From NCBI GenBank assembly GCA_963848135.1, contig CAWKCK010000018.1, forward strand, positions 448,938 to 512,937: a DNA stretch of 64,000 nt, written 5' to 3'. Below are positions 29,701 to 41,758 of this stretch, piece after piece (position 1 is the first letter of the stretch; each line of letters starts with the position of its first letter). The position numbers and the translations under genes are program-made. Below the pieces are notes generated by a model. It had not been told where the DNA came from. It ran no database searches and saw nothing but the letters and a program-made list of their open reading frames with translations. The stretch is from an uncultured delta proteobacterium. GTDB taxonomy: Bacteria > Desulfobacterota > Desulfobacteria > Desulfobacterales > SG8-13.

Positions 29701-30110
29701 TATAGCATTGAGCTGAAATCTGAATTCTGTCGGTTATTTCCAAGGTGCAGTAGTTTAGACCCGATCTGACAGCGACCGATTTTAACTCAGTGTCTACCAG
29801 CTTAAAATCAGGCTACAAACTTTTCTCGTCATATATTTTTCCCATCCTTGAGTGTTTCCGTTGGCGTTCGCCCGCAACACATCTTACCTTGTATGTTCAT
29901 TAATGGTCGTATTTAAAGTGGTCATTAAAAAAACGATCTGAACCTAACATCACGTTTTATGGCTTTGCATCATAAATACTGCGTTTTTCTTGATTGTGAT
30001 ATGTTTTCATGATAAGGTGAAAATCGCTCTTGCGGAGCAGGTATCAAAAGGATACCGCCGTCTCATTCCGAGGCGAATGATCTTTTTATTGCTACAATTT
30101 CAAGAGGTTA

Positions 30111-31478
30111 TTGATGAGTGATTTAACTCCCCCCTGGGAAACGCTCAGTGAACTGATCGCTGCGGAAAACAGCGTTGAATTGACAAAATTTATTGATACT
30201 CTCAGCCCGTCGGAGACGGCCAGGGCCATCTCTCGACTGACAGAGGAAGAACAGCTTCGTCTGCTCAGCCTTCTCAGCCCCGAGGATGCCGCCGATGTGA
30301 TTGAGGACATCCCGGAAGCCCAGGCCGCGGATCTGGTGGAGGATATGCCATCGGAGCAGGCGGCGGCTATTATGGAGGAGTTGACCAGCGATCATCTTGT
30401 TGATGTGCTGGGCGAAATGGATGAGGATGCAAGTCAGGCAATTCTGGCGAAAATGGACCGGGAAGACGCCGAAGAAGCGAGAATGTTGTTGGAGTACGCA
30501 CCGGACTGCGCCGGCGGACTCATGATTTCCGAGTTCCTTGTCTATAAAACCGACAATACTATCCAGGACGTACTCGATGACCTGCAGGCCAATCGGAGTG
30601 AATACGTCGATTACCATGTTCAGTATTTTTATGTTGTTGACCGGGAAGAGAAGCTGGCCGGCGTGCTTCGCATGCACGACCTGCTTTTTCCTGCCCGGGA
30701 AACCCAGCTCACCCAGGTAATGCTCTCTTCGCCTCTCAGTGTGTCGGACAAGGCTTCGCTTAAAGAGCTTGAGGAGTTTTTCGAGGAACATCATCTGTTC
30801 GGCGTGCCGGTTGTGGACGATGGGCGGCGGCTGGTCGGTGTGGTGCTGCCGAATGCCATTGAGGAGGCGGTCAATAAGCGGAAAACAAAAACATTTCTGC
30901 GGCTGAGCGGTATCATCGGCGGCGAGGAGTTCCGGACCATGCCGCTGCTCTCCCGTTCCGGACGCCGTCTGTCCTGGCTGAGCATGAATATTGTCCTCAA
31001 TATCATCGCCGCAAGTGTCATTGCCCTGTATCAGGATACCCTTGCCGCAGTCATTACCCTGGCGGTTTTTCTGCCCATGGTCAGCGACATGAGCGGCTGT
31101 TCCGGCAACCAGGCCGTGGCGGTTTCCATGCGTGAACTCTCCCTTGGCCTGGTCCGGCCGGGCGAACTGCTCTGGGTGCTGGCAAAGGAGGCCAAGGTCG
31201 GCATCATCAACGGTCTGGTGCTTGGCTTGCTGCTTGGCGGGGTCGCCTTTTTCTGGAAGGGAAACCCGTGGCTCGGAGTTGTGGTCGGCGGTGCATTGGC
31301 GGCCAACACGCTGGTTTCCGTCACCCTCGGCGGTATGCTGCCCCTCGTGCTCAAGCGGTTGAAACTGGATCCGGCCCTGGTTTCCAGCCCGCTGCTGACA
31401 ACGGTCACCGACATGTGCGGCTTCTTTTTTGTTTTGAGTTTCGCCGCGGCGGTTCTGCCAAAACTCGGAGGCATGTAG
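30111..31478 (+). CDS. mgtE: Magnesium transporter MgtE
   Basis: Acidic N domain, AGGLM, CBS pair, RLSWL, GCSGNQA, DPALVSSPLLTTVTD. Confidence 0.93.
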   Translation: MMSDLTPPWETLSELIAAENSVELTKFIDTLSPSETARAISRLTEEEQLRLLSLLSPEDAADVIEDIPEAQAADLVEDMPSEQAAAIMEELTSDHLVDVLGEMDEDASQAILAKMDREDAEEARMLLEYAPDCAGGLMISEFLVYKTDNTIQDVLDDLQANRSEYVDYHVQYFYVVDREEKLAGVLRMHDLLFPARETQLTQVMLSSPLSVSDKASLKELEEFFEEHHLFGVPVVDDGRRLVGVVLPNAIEEAVNKRKTKTFLRLSGIIGGEEFRTMPLLSRSGRRLSWLSMNIVLNIIAASVIALYQDTLAAVITLAVFLPMVSDMSGCSGNQAVAVSMRELSLGLVRPGELLWVLAKEAKVGIINGLVLGLLLGGVAFFWKGNPWLGVVVGGALAANTLVSVTLGGMLPLVLKRLKLDPALVSSPLLTTVTDMCGFFFVLSFAAAVLPKLGGM

Positions 31479-31819
31479 AAGCTATCTCGAAAAAGTCTTT
31501 TCGCCCAATCCTCCGATGGCGGACAAATCACGACGTTGTGGCCCTTCTCGGTCAGCTTCAGGGACCCCTGCCCCTGGAACTGGCACTGAATGCATACGCC
31601 CGTGTATGCTGTGTTTTCTCGTCGTCCCGCGCCTTGTACTTGGGCATGATATGTAGTTTTTAAACCATTTATAGCCTTTCTATGCAGCCGGCCACTGGGC
31701 TACCAATCTTTCAGACTTTCAGCCCGGGCCAGCTGATGATACTTATCAACCCCATATTACTCCCTGAAATGGAAGGCGTTATCGCCTAAAAAAAGGGTCT
31801 TGGGTAATCGAACCCGCAA

Positions 31820-33492
31820 TCATTGCTTTTTAGTGCCGTCTGTTTTACTAACCTCAACCTTTGACCGAACGGACCAATGGTTTTCCGTTACGGACGTCTC
31901 CTTCAGTCGCATGTTTTGAAATTTCTGCGGTACAAAGTTGACTTCCTTGTTCACAGCATAGAGGTTCAAAGGTGAGTAAATAAAAACCGCATAAGCGTTA
32001 TCATATATGTACTTCTCCATCCGCCTCATTTTTTCATCCTGTGCTTTTTCATCTACCGTCCCGGCCATGTCTTTGAACATTTTCTCGTAAACCGAATCGT
32101 ACTCTATCCAGCGTATTCCAGAAGCGTCGATAAAAGGATAGATCAAATGTGCTGGACCAGAATGACCCCAAAAGTCGTTGTTATAGCAGACCGATACATC
32201 CCACTCTTGCTTTAAAGCAATTTCCTCGGTCGGGCACCACACTTTTCGTAGCCAAACTGGCCACGGGAACACTTCCACATTCACCTTCAGGCCGATCCGC
32301 TCATACATCCTCTTCATGACCTGGGCCTCCAACTTTTGCGCTTCCGGGGTAATAAGGGTCATCTCGAATCCATCGGGGTAGCCGGCCTCTGCAAGCAGTG
32401 ATCGAGCTTTTTCAATATCATAATTGTAAAGAGGTTTGTTGGGATTATAGCCCGGGGCCCCGGGCGGTATATGACCCCCCAGATTATACGCGTTCCCTTT
32501 GGTGCCATATTTTACAAGCTCCTCGCGGTTGAGCGCGTGACTGATAGCCTTCCTCAATCGTATGTCCTTCCACTTGCTATTTACCTTGCGCTGGTTTATG
32601 GCCGAGTGCGTTTGGGTAAAATCCTTGCTTTTCACCACCCTGGCGAAGGGGCTCTCGGCCACTTTAAGGGTGTCCAGCGGACGGATGAAGCTAACGATGT
32701 CCACCTCGCCTTCGGTCTCCCTGCAGAGCCGCATGACCTCTTCTCTGTCCTTTTGAAGCTTGTTGTCGAAGATCACACTTTTCACATTCGGATATTGCGC
32801 GTCCCAGTATTTATCATAGGCATTTAGGACCACGCGATCACTGAACTTCCCCGGGATTATGGTTCCCTCAACCAATACGAAGGGACCCGTCCCCCATGGT
32901 CCAGGCTCTGAGAGATACCCCCAGCGCCGTTGGCCGAACTCATGCCCGTTAAAAAAGGCGGGCGCAAACTAAAAAAACCACCGAAGTCTCGGCAATGCCA
33001 GGCCGTCAGCTCAGGAAATATGAATCGAACAATATTAATGTCAACGATTTCGAGTACAGTCCCATCATCAATGGATAGAACCGCAGGAAACATCGGAGGT
33101 TTCAGTTTATTATAGGCCTCCCAGTTGATCTTGACCACCTCTGCGCTGAACGACTCTCCGTTGTGAAAGGACACCCCCTTCCTCAATTTAAACTCGATCG
33201 TTCGCTCATCAATCCACTGCCAACTCTCGGCCAGGCAGGGAACAAAGTTGTTGTCCTTGTCCAACTCTACCAGGCCTTCGGCATAATTCAGCGCCACAGA
33301 GCGCCCCACATTCCACAAATCGACGACCTTCAAGGTCCCCCGCAAATTTCTATCGTTTTCGAATCCTGCGCCGAAAGGGTTGACGGCAACGCGACAATGA
33401 GAGCGCAGAAAAGCAGTGCCAGTCGTGCCAGAAACGGGTGCTTTAACCGTACCATGATATGACCTCCTTTCCAGCCAAGCCTTCCTCCGCAA
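31820..33492 (-). pseudogene. ABC transporter substrate-binding protein family 5, frameshifted
   Basis: N-part EGLV..D...VPCLAESW...FKLRKGVSFHNGE; C-part RLRKAISHALNR, YNYDIEKARSLLAEAGYPDG; frame break ~32870-33010. Confidence 0.8.
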
Positions 33493-33589
33493 AAGAGGAA
33501 GTAAGTGTTAATCAAATGCGGATGGCTAAGTTTACATCACCATGTCTGCAATCGAACCAATAGGAGTCGATCCAGGGTTTTGGTAACTT

Positions 33590-34729
33590 TCACACCATAA
33601 GCCGGTAAACAGTTACCGGCGCTGAAATGTTCTTGAGCCGGTGCTCACCAAAGGGTTGAATCATAAATCCCCCTTGCAATCGATTCACCGTCTCCGGGCC
33701 AAGCAGGATCTCGCCGTTCGTTGCAAGTCCGGCGATCCGCGCCGCGAGCACCGTGGTTAAACCGGAGGCGGTAAACGTCCAGCGTGAGGTTGACATCCCC
33801 TCAAACCTGGTTGCGCCAAGAAACACCTTACCTGAATTGATGCCTATATTAACAACAGTAGGTTCGAACTTTCCGCGAAGCTCCGCATTGACCTTCAATG
33901 TTTTGTAGTGAATGGCGAAGGCTGTCGACACGGCACTGCTGGCATGACCTTCCTTGTCTTTCCCATGAAAAATAATCATCAGCCCATCCCCCGCCGTCTC
34001 GTTGATCTCACCGTTACCCTTCCTGACGTCGTCGAGGAACTCGGAAAAATACTTCTCGATCAGGAAATTCACCCTTTCATCATCCAGAGATTCACACATG
34101 CTGCTGTAGCCGCCGATATCAAGGAAGAGAACCGTGGCATCTGATTCAACTTTCTGAAGCACGAAGGTCTCCGGATCCGCCTCTGCCACTTTGCTTACGG
34201 ACAGCGGCACGAACTTACTGAGCTGTTCCTTGGCGCGCTCCAGCAGCTCGATGCGCTCCTGCGCCCGTGCCAGTTCAAGGCGGGCTTGTTCCAAATCCCG
34301 TTTCGTGCTTTGAAGTTGCTCTTTGAGGGCCTTTTCCTGCTCGTCGCGATGCCGTTTCTGACGCAGCAGGAACCTTATCTTGGCCAGCAGTTCATCACGA
34401 TCAAAGGGCTTGGAGATAAAATCGTCAGCACCGGCTTCAATCCCCCGAACCCGGTCCTCATTGGCACGGAGGGAGGTGAGAAGAATGACCGGAATCAGTA
34501 TGGTTTTTCCACTTCCTTTCAATATGCGGCACACCGTAAACCCATCAACCTTGGGCATCATCACATCCAAAAGCACGAGGTCGGGCGGGTGCTCCTGCAC
34601 CTTGATGAGGGCTTCTTCGCCATCGCGAGCGGTCAACAGATTGTACCCCTCCTCATCCAGCTCCTGGATGAGCATATCCACGTTGATGGGTTCATCATCA
34701 ACGATCAAGATGGTCGCTTCAGATTCCAT
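33590..34729 (-). CDS. Response regulator receiver fused to class III adenylate/guanylate cyclase
   Basis: REC (ILIVDD, DVMMP, KPF), coiled coil, TVLFLDI.G, TAGDGLM, IGINSG, LAARI. Confidence 0.9.
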   Translation of the reverse strand: MESEATILIVDDEPINVDMLIQELDEEGYNLLTARDGEEALIKVQEHPPDLVLLDVMMPKVDGFTVCRILKGSGKTILIPVILLTSLRANEDRVRGIEAGADDFISKPFDRDELLAKIRFLLRQKRHRDEQEKALKEQLQSTKRDLEQARLELARAQERIELLERAKEQLSKFVPLSVSKVAEADPETFVLQKVESDATVLFLDIGGYSSMCESLDDERVNFLIEKYFSEFLDDVRKGNGEINETAGDGLMIIFHGKDKEGHASSAVSTAFAIHYKTLKVNAELRGKFEPTVVNIGINSGKVFLGATRFEGMSTSRWTFTASGLTTVLAARIAGLATNGEILLGPETVNRLQGGFMIQPFGEHRLKNISAPVTVYRLMV

Positions 34730-34779
34730 CCGTTTCCTCCAACCGGATTGGCATCATATTTCTCCCCTTATGGAGGGTC

Positions 34780-35153
34780 TCAGTCAGGTACATCTTGTTC
34801 GAGATACTTCCCTATTCTCTGCATCAGTTCGTCTTCGTCCAACGGCTTGACCAGGTACTCGTCGCAACCGGCGGCCAAGGCCTTCTCTTCATCGCCCACC
34901 ATCGCATGCGCAGTCAGGGCGATGACCGGGATTGAACGCAGCTCATCGATCGCTTTCAGACGTCGGGTGGCTTCCCAACCATCCATGACAGGAAGGGACA
35001 GGTCCATGAGGATCAGCTCCGGTCGCTCTCTTTCGCAACCTCGACGCCTTCCTCTCCGTTGACAGCCTCGATGACATGATACCTGTCCTCCAGGAGTTGA
35101 ACAACCAGATCTCTATTAAAGTCATTATCCTCGACAACCAGGATTTTCCTCAT
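34780..35153 (-). pseudogene. Single-domain response regulator (DivK-like), frameshifted near 35030
   Basis: MRKILVVEDN start at 35153; distal frame MDLSLPVMDGWEATR...ALTAHAM.GD. Confidence 0.75.
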
Positions 35154-37635
35154 GTGTGCCGTTCTCCTTTTTGGCAGCATCATGTTCATGAAATATTGAC
35201 CGAATTTCCTCTATCAGGTCTTCGCCGCCAAGACCTGACTTCCGGATGATTTTATCAACGCTGCGGTGAAGGAATTCCAGGTCAGCGTCGGTGAGGTCCT
35301 TTGCCGTCACAACAATGATGGGAATGTCCCTCAACTTCTTGTTCTTCTTGACTTGCTGAATGACTTCAAAGCCGTCCATATCGGGCATCAGGAGGTCAAG
35401 TAGAATGATGTCCTGAGGGGCGGCATCCAGAACACTCAGGGCCTCTTTGCCGTTGCAGGCCGTCTTGACTTGATACCCTTCATCCCTGAGGATTTGATTG
35501 AGCAGGTCCACCGCAGCCGGTTCATCGTCCACCACGAGCACGCGCTTATTCGAGTCAGCGGGGATGCGCCGCAGCACGTCCATGATGGCCTCGTTATCGA
35601 ATGGTTTCACCAGGTAATCAAACGCTCCGAGGCTGAATCCCAGCTCCTTGTTATCAATGATGGAGAGCACGATGATGGGTATTTCACGGGTTGCGGGATC
35701 CGCCTTCAGTTGGCTGAGAACCGCCCATCCATCCTTTTGTGGCAACATAATGTCCAGCGTAACGGCGAACGGATGAATTTCTTTTACTTTTCGGATCCCT
35801 TCATCTGCACTCAGAGCGCCAACGACATAGACGCCCTCATCCTCCAGGTTTTCCTTCAAAAGAATCAGCACATTCGGATCATCATCGATGGCCAGGAGGA
35901 CCTTTTTCCCCATGATTCCAGCATGAGCACGAATCTCCTCATCAGGTATTGCCGTCTCTGTCCGTAACTCTTTATTCCCCTCATTTATGGGAAAGGTAAC
36001 GGTAAACGTTGCACCCTTCCCTTCGGTGCTGCTCACCGCAATCGTGCCGCCCAATAGATGGGTCAACTTCTTGGTTATCGACAGGCCCAGGCCAGTACCA
36101 CCGTGCTTGCGCGTAGTGGAACCATCCACCTGCCGAAATTCGTCGAAGATGTATGCGAGAGCATCGGAAGGGATGCCCGTCCCCGTGTCGGCAACGGCAA
36201 TACTCAGCGACGCAGCCTCCCGTGCAGCGGAGAGCTTCACCTCTCCCTCTTCGGTAAACTTGAGCGCATTGCTGAGAAGGTTGATGAGGATTTGCTTCAA
36301 TTTGTCCGGATCACTCAACACCTCGGGAAAGTCGTCCGGCACATCCATGAAAAGTCGCACCTTATCCTTTCTCACCAATGGCTCAACTGTGGTAAGCAGG
36401 TATCGAGAAGGGCGGCCAGATTAACGGGCATGGTATTCACGATCATCTTTCCCGCTTCTATTTTCGATAGGTCGAGGATATCATTGATAAGGGTCAGAAG
36501 CTGCTTTGCGCTGATCTCCACCTTATTCAGGTTCTCCTGCTGCCGGAGGGGAAGAAGGTCCGCTGTCTTACGGCGAACCAGCCGTGTGAAACCAATGATG
36601 GCATTCATCGGCGTCCGCAGCTCATGGGACATATTGGCCAGAAACTCGGATTTCAGCCTGTCCGCCTCCTTTATCTTGACATTGGCAATCTGGAGGTCCT
36701 GATTCGTTTTCTCCAGTTCCATTGTGCGTGCTTTAACCTTGTCCTCAAGCGCCAGGTTCAGCTTCGCCAATTCTCCGGCATAGCGGTCCTTATCATCGAT
36801 GCTCACCTTCAGGTCTTGCGCCATCTGGTTGAAAGAAGCTGAAAGCAGCCCGACCTCGTCATCCGATTGCACGGCGATCTCGGTAGAAAGGTCCCCGGAG
36901 GAAATGGCCTTGGTCGCATCGACCAATTGGTGAAGGGGACGTGTCACTCGTCGCAGGAGCACGTTTACGGTAATGGCAGTAATGAGGATGGCCAGGATCG
37001 TAACCCCAATGGTCACAATGGCCACGAACAGTCGCTCACGTTGGAACTGTTTTAATGGATATAGAAAATCGACCGCAATAACTCCGCGTAATTCATTATC
37101 CGACAACACGCCGTTGCCATCCTCGTCCCAGTAAATAGGCGTGGATTTGGTCATGCGGGGCGCAATGAGTGACGTGTAAACTGTGCCGGAAGCCAATTCT
37201 ATTGTGCTCTGAAAAAACGCCGTATCATAGACGTTCTGGTATTCACCCCCGACTTTGTCCCCCCAATACTTGGCGATTTCGCGGCCTTTGTTATTTATGA
37301 AACGGATCCCGATGTAAACATGGTCAATGCTGTTGTAGCGATCCGAGAATCTTTTGAAATAGCGCTCCAACTCACCTTTGATACAGTGCCGCCTCTTCCG
37401 AGAGACCATAGGCAACGTTGTGAAAGTAGTTGGCCACCGATTGGTCCTCGGAGATGGTAAGGATTTCGTTGTGGCGATCCAGGAGAAAGCGTTCGCTTTG
37501 TTTCTCAGATAGTTCGCTTAAAAAATGAAAACTGATCAGGCTAATGGTGAGCATCGAGACGATGACGAGAGGCAGAATAAGTACGAGGACTTTCCGCTGG
37601 ATACCGGCTTTGGGGATGGTCGGACGATCGGCCAT
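35125..37635 (-). pseudogene. Hybrid sensor histidine kinase (periplasmic sensor-HAMP-HisKA-HATPase-REC-REC), split by two frameshifts
   Basis: ORFs 37372..37635, 36372..37415 and 35125..36378 join into one protein; FLANMSHELRTP, NLLSNALKFT, GGTGLGL, two REC domains. Confidence 0.85.
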
Positions 37636-38640
37636 GCTCTCCCTCCAATCATCGAAATTGCAACTACAGGATGCAGACGGAGATTTGGCGCGAAAGCAGG
37701 AAAGTTCTCAGAATCAGTATTGTCGGTTCAGGATGGATTAGATTATTTGTAATTTGGTGGCGTACTTTTTGTCAATGATTATCAGCCGAAATGGATCCTG
37801 TTTAACGTGAAATGAAACCGTTAACAGCGGATTATGAACCTTGTATTTTTATTTTTAAACCGCTCCCCCCTTCTATGAAAGGTTTTGAAGCCACTTCTAA
37901 AAGATTTTTTTTATTGCCCATTGCGCTAATTGTGCGACTTGATGTTCAAATGCCCTTCGAGCGGGCCTAATTATTATATGATTCAACCTTAGAGAGTATT
38001 TGAGCAATAAAAATACCAGAACTGGAAATGCGACAAATTCAAAATTTTTAAGTTATTATGTTTTATATTAATTAGTTAGTCTCACCGTTCATTTAAATCT
38101 CTTGTCAACAATCGGCATGACCGTTAACCTTGTTTACAGATTTCAATTCCGACCGCATACATGGTTGACGCATATTGTATGACGAAACGATTTAATCGTC
38201 GCTCTGGAGTCACCGCGACTACCTCTTGCCGATGGCTTTGGCGTTATCGGTTTTCAGCCAGTAAGAGTGGTACAATGTCTCGCAATAAGAAGTATTTGTC
38301 CAGATCGGATGAGTAGGATTGAGACGAAGGATGGAAATCATTAATTTCATTGCAACATATTTTTCATGCCTGGGGATTGACCTGATACCGCTGGTTGGGT
38401 AAACAATAGGGTAGCCTAAATTGAGCGATTTTCAAGTTTGCCGGGTACAAGGAAAATGTCGTTCCGCTATAGTGAACTATAAGGGACGTATTTGACGTCA
38501 GATGCAATTGGAATCCCGTAGGGTTTTATATTTTCGAAATCTGATGGGTAGAATTCCTTATTTTTATTGGTGATTTTCAAATTTCGAAAATATGAAACGC
38601 TCAACTTGGGTGTAAACAACTCAACGGAGGGAATAGCAAA

Positions 38641-39090
38641 ATGTTTCGCCACATCCTATGTCCGACCGACTTAAAAGAGCGCGCCTACATCGCAATTAAA
38701 AAAGCCACACAGATTGCCCACCAGTTCAATGCACGGGTGACGATGCTCAACGTCCATGCAGAATTCATGGATAAGCACGAGCGCGAAATGCTGCGGGTCA
38801 GCGTCGAAAAGATCAAAAAAAAATATCGACAGATTGCCATCGATTCAAAAGAAGAAATGAAAGCCGTCATTCATGAGCTACATGCGGACGACATTGAGGT
38901 AAACTATCTGCTTCACAAGGGCACACCGGCAGAAACCATTGTCGAGGTCTCCGCTCAAGAGGGGGTGGATCTCATCGTGATGTGTACGGACGGCAGAGAC
39001 AACGTAAAGGACTTTGTCACCGGCACCATAACCGAATATGTTATAAATAATGCCCCCTGTCCGGTACTCGTGATTCCCTATCGAAAGTAA
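38641..39090 (+). CDS. Universal stress protein (UspA family)
   Basis: HILCPTD, G.PAETIV, DLIVM, APCPVLVI. Confidence 0.9.
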   Translation: MFRHILCPTDLKERAYIAIKKATQIAHQFNARVTMLNVHAEFMDKHEREMLRVSVEKIKKKYRQIAIDSKEEMKAVIHELHADDIEVNYLLHKGTPAETIVEVSAQEGVDLIVMCTDGRDNVKDFVTGTITEYVINNAPCPVLVIPYRK

Positions 39091-39183
39091 CCCTCGAGGC
39101 TTCCGGCCCTCCTGCTTGATGACAGGTACGTTTCGAACAAAAAAGCAACCGCTTGTCAGATCCACTATCGAGAGTCCCTATAA

Positions 39184-39738
39184 ATGCCAACCGTTCTCTC
39201 GCACCCTGCTGTTCCCATAGCCATCGGCCTTGGTCTTGGCCGCAAGGTTATACCTGCGCGCTTGCTCATGGTCGGTATCGCCATATCGGTATTGCCGGAC
39301 CTGGATGTTCTCGCTTTTCGATTCGGCGTCTCCTATGCCTCCGATATCGGTCATCGTGGCTTCAGCCATTCGCTGGCCTTTGCGATGGTGGCAGCACTGC
39401 TGGGCGCAAGTTGCTTCCGCAGGCGATTTGCTATGGCTTTTTGGTTTCTGTTCGCTGCGGCAGCCTCCCATGGTTTATTTGATGCATTCACCAACGGTGG
39501 CCTTGGGATTGCCTTCCTCTGGCCGTTTTCGACGGAGCGCTTCTTTGCCCCGATCCAGGTCATAGAGGTCTCACCGCTTTCGATCCAAAGATTTTTGTCT
39601 CCGCGCGGCGCAACAGTATTGATGTCAGAGATCATATGGGTGTGGCTGCCCTGCATGATTATAGGGATCTTTATGGCAGTCATCCGATGGGGACCGGTCA
39701 AACTAAAACTGTGGAATATTAGACCGAAAATTTCATAA
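39184..39738 (+). CDS. Inner-membrane metal-dependent hydrolase (YdjM/YbcI family)
   Basis: SH, LPDLD, HRGFSHS, SHGLFDAFT.GG. Confidence 0.88.
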   Translation: MPTVLSHPAVPIAIGLGLGRKVIPARLLMVGIAISVLPDLDVLAFRFGVSYASDIGHRGFSHSLAFAMVAALLGASCFRRRFAMAFWFLFAAAASHGLFDAFTNGGLGIAFLWPFSTERFFAPIQVIEVSPLSIQRFLSPRGATVLMSEIIWVWLPCMIIGIFMAVIRWGPVKLKLWNIRPKIS

Positions 39739-39795
39739 AATATATTAACGTCATATAGAAATGATTTAAATAACAACGATGCGGCAGGGGGTAGG

Positions 39796-41757
39796 GTGTC
39801 TAAAGAAAAATTTTCAATCAAAACGAAATTTCGCATCGGCGCGGCGGTCATTTCCCTTCTGACCTGTATTTCTGTAGCGATTGTAGTCTATTACTATCTC
39901 AAAAATCTTGCCACTCGAGAGGTCTATAAGGAGACCGAAATATTTATCGGCACCGCGGACGCCACCCGGCGATACGTTAAAGACGTACTGCGGCCCACCA
40001 TGGGTGACCTGCTAACTCCGGACCGATTCATCCCCCACGCCATGTCTACCACTTATGTGGGGCGTGAAATCATGAGTCGTTTGGGCAAACGTTTTCCCGA
40101 TTTCAGCTACAAGCGCGCGGCTGGAAATCCGACGAATCCCATCAACAAAGCCGATGCCCTGGAGCTTGAAAAAATAAAGTGGTTCAACGACCACCCGGAT
40201 CGGTCCGAATGGCATGGACTGATTTTAAAAGGTGAGCGATCCTACTATGCGCGTTACCGCGCCATCCGCGCCGAGACCGAATGCCTGCGTTGCCATGGCG
40301 ATCCCATCGATGCGCCGCAGCAAATGAAAGACATTTACGGCGTAGAGGGTGGATACCATTACCGGGTCGGAGAAGTTGTCGCCGCCGATTCTATTTATAT
40401 TCCGGTCGACGTCACATTCCTGCGCGTCAAAGAGACGGCCTGGAATGTTTTCCTGATCGCCACCATCAGCCTATTTGCCCTATTGGGGCTTTTCTATTTG
40501 TTGTTCAATCGTACCGTTATCACGCAAATGAATGAGCTGCTGAAACGGTTTCGAGCGATCGACATTCGACAGGATGGCGTCCCCCCTCTCGAACCAACTG
40601 TTGAAACAAACGATGAATTCGAGCAACTCAGAAATACATTCGAAAATGTCGCCATAGACCTGAAACATACACATGATGAACTGTGGGCTTCTGAAAGCAA
40701 GTACCGCAAACTGTTTGAAAGCAGCCGGGATACCATCATCATTTGTGATCGTGAAAATCGCCTGATCGATATCAACCAGGCCGGTGAAGACCTGTTTAAC
40801 TTTAGGGACAAACCTGAGGCGCTTTCCATCGAAACGCATTATCAGCTATTCTGGGACACACGCGACGCTGTTAAGTTTACAAAAACATTACGGCAAAAAG
40901 GCTACGTGGAAGAGATGGAAGTGCCGATGGTAAACCGCCGCGGCCAAAAATTGGCGGTGATGATCTCGGCCACCAAGCGCGTTGATGAAACCGGGCGATT
41001 CGATGGTTTCGATGCGCGCCTGCAAGATGTTACCAACCGGCGCAAAATGGATATTCATTTGGCTCAAACTGAAAAACTGGCATCCATTGGCCAACTGGCT
41101 TCCGGCGTGGCCCATGAGATTAACAATCCACTTGGCGTGATCCAAGTTTATGCCAACCTCATTTCCAAAAATACGCCTCAAGATGCCCAGGTCGGTGCAG
41201 ACATTCGAATCATCCAGAAACACACCGAACATTGCAAGTCGATTGTCCAGGCCCTATTGAACTTTGCCCGGGTATCGGAACCCTTAAAAACAAAGTGTGA
41301 CATTCACGAATGCCTTATCGACGTCTTGAAAGTTCTCGAACCCCAGATGAACAAAAAGGCCGTTGAACTTAAAACCGAAGCCGATCGAGACCTGCCCCAT
41401 TTATTGTTGGATGAAACACAGATGAAGCAGGTCTTTATGAATCTGATCATAAACGCGCTCCAATCCATGGACAATCTGGGCACGATCACCATTTCACTGC
41501 GTCAAGACATAAAAGACAATCGCATCGATATCAAAATTACCGACACCGGGTCCGGTATTGCCAGCAAGTATCTCAATCGCATCTTCGATCCCTTTTTTAC
41601 GACCAAAAGCCCCGGTAAAGGCACTGGGCTTGGTTTGGCTGTCAGCTACGGCATCGTCAAGCAACACGGCGGTGATATCAGCGTCGATAGCATACCCGGC
41701 CAGGGTAGTTCGTTTACCATCCATCTGCCTATTGAAGAGGGAAAACAGGAGATTTGA
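39796..41757 (+). CDS. Sensor histidine kinase with periplasmic heme-c (DUF3365-like) domain and PAS
   Basis: TM, NPTNP.N.AD..E, CxxCH (CLRCH), TM, PAS, GVAHEINNP, GTGLGL. Confidence 0.9.
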   Translation: MSKEKFSIKTKFRIGAAVISLLTCISVAIVVYYYLKNLATREVYKETEIFIGTADATRRYVKDVLRPTMGDLLTPDRFIPHAMSTTYVGREIMSRLGKRFPDFSYKRAAGNPTNPINKADALELEKIKWFNDHPDRSEWHGLILKGERSYYARYRAIRAETECLRCHGDPIDAPQQMKDIYGVEGGYHYRVGEVVAADSIYIPVDVTFLRVKETAWNVFLIATISLFALLGLFYLLFNRTVITQMNELLKRFRAIDIRQDGVPPLEPTVETNDEFEQLRNTFENVAIDLKHTHDELWASESKYRKLFESSRDTIIICDRENRLIDINQAGEDLFNFRDKPEALSIETHYQLFWDTRDAVKFTKTLRQKGYVEEMEVPMVNRRGQKLAVMISATKRVDETGRFDGFDARLQDVTNRRKMDIHLAQTEKLASIGQLASGVAHEINNPLGVIQVYANLISKNTPQDAQVGADIRIIQKHTEHCKSIVQALLNFARVSEPLKTKCDIHECLIDVLKVLEPQMNKKAVELKTEADRDLPHLLLDETQMKQVFMNLIINALQSMDNLGTITISLRQDIKDNRIDIKITDTGSGIASKYLNRIFDPFFTTKSPGKGTGLGLAVSYGIVKQHGGDISVDSIPGQGSSFTIHLPIEEGKQEI

Positions 41758-41758
41758 A

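Noticed and set aside
29880..30110. Mg-sensing M-box riboswitch upstream of mgtE
   Set aside because: The leader is short and AT-rich, and I could not identify the conserved M-box elements.
41558..41758. N-terminal extension of the 530-aa ORF
   Set aside because: It overlaps the kinase gene; the real start is ATG 41759, right after the kinase stop.
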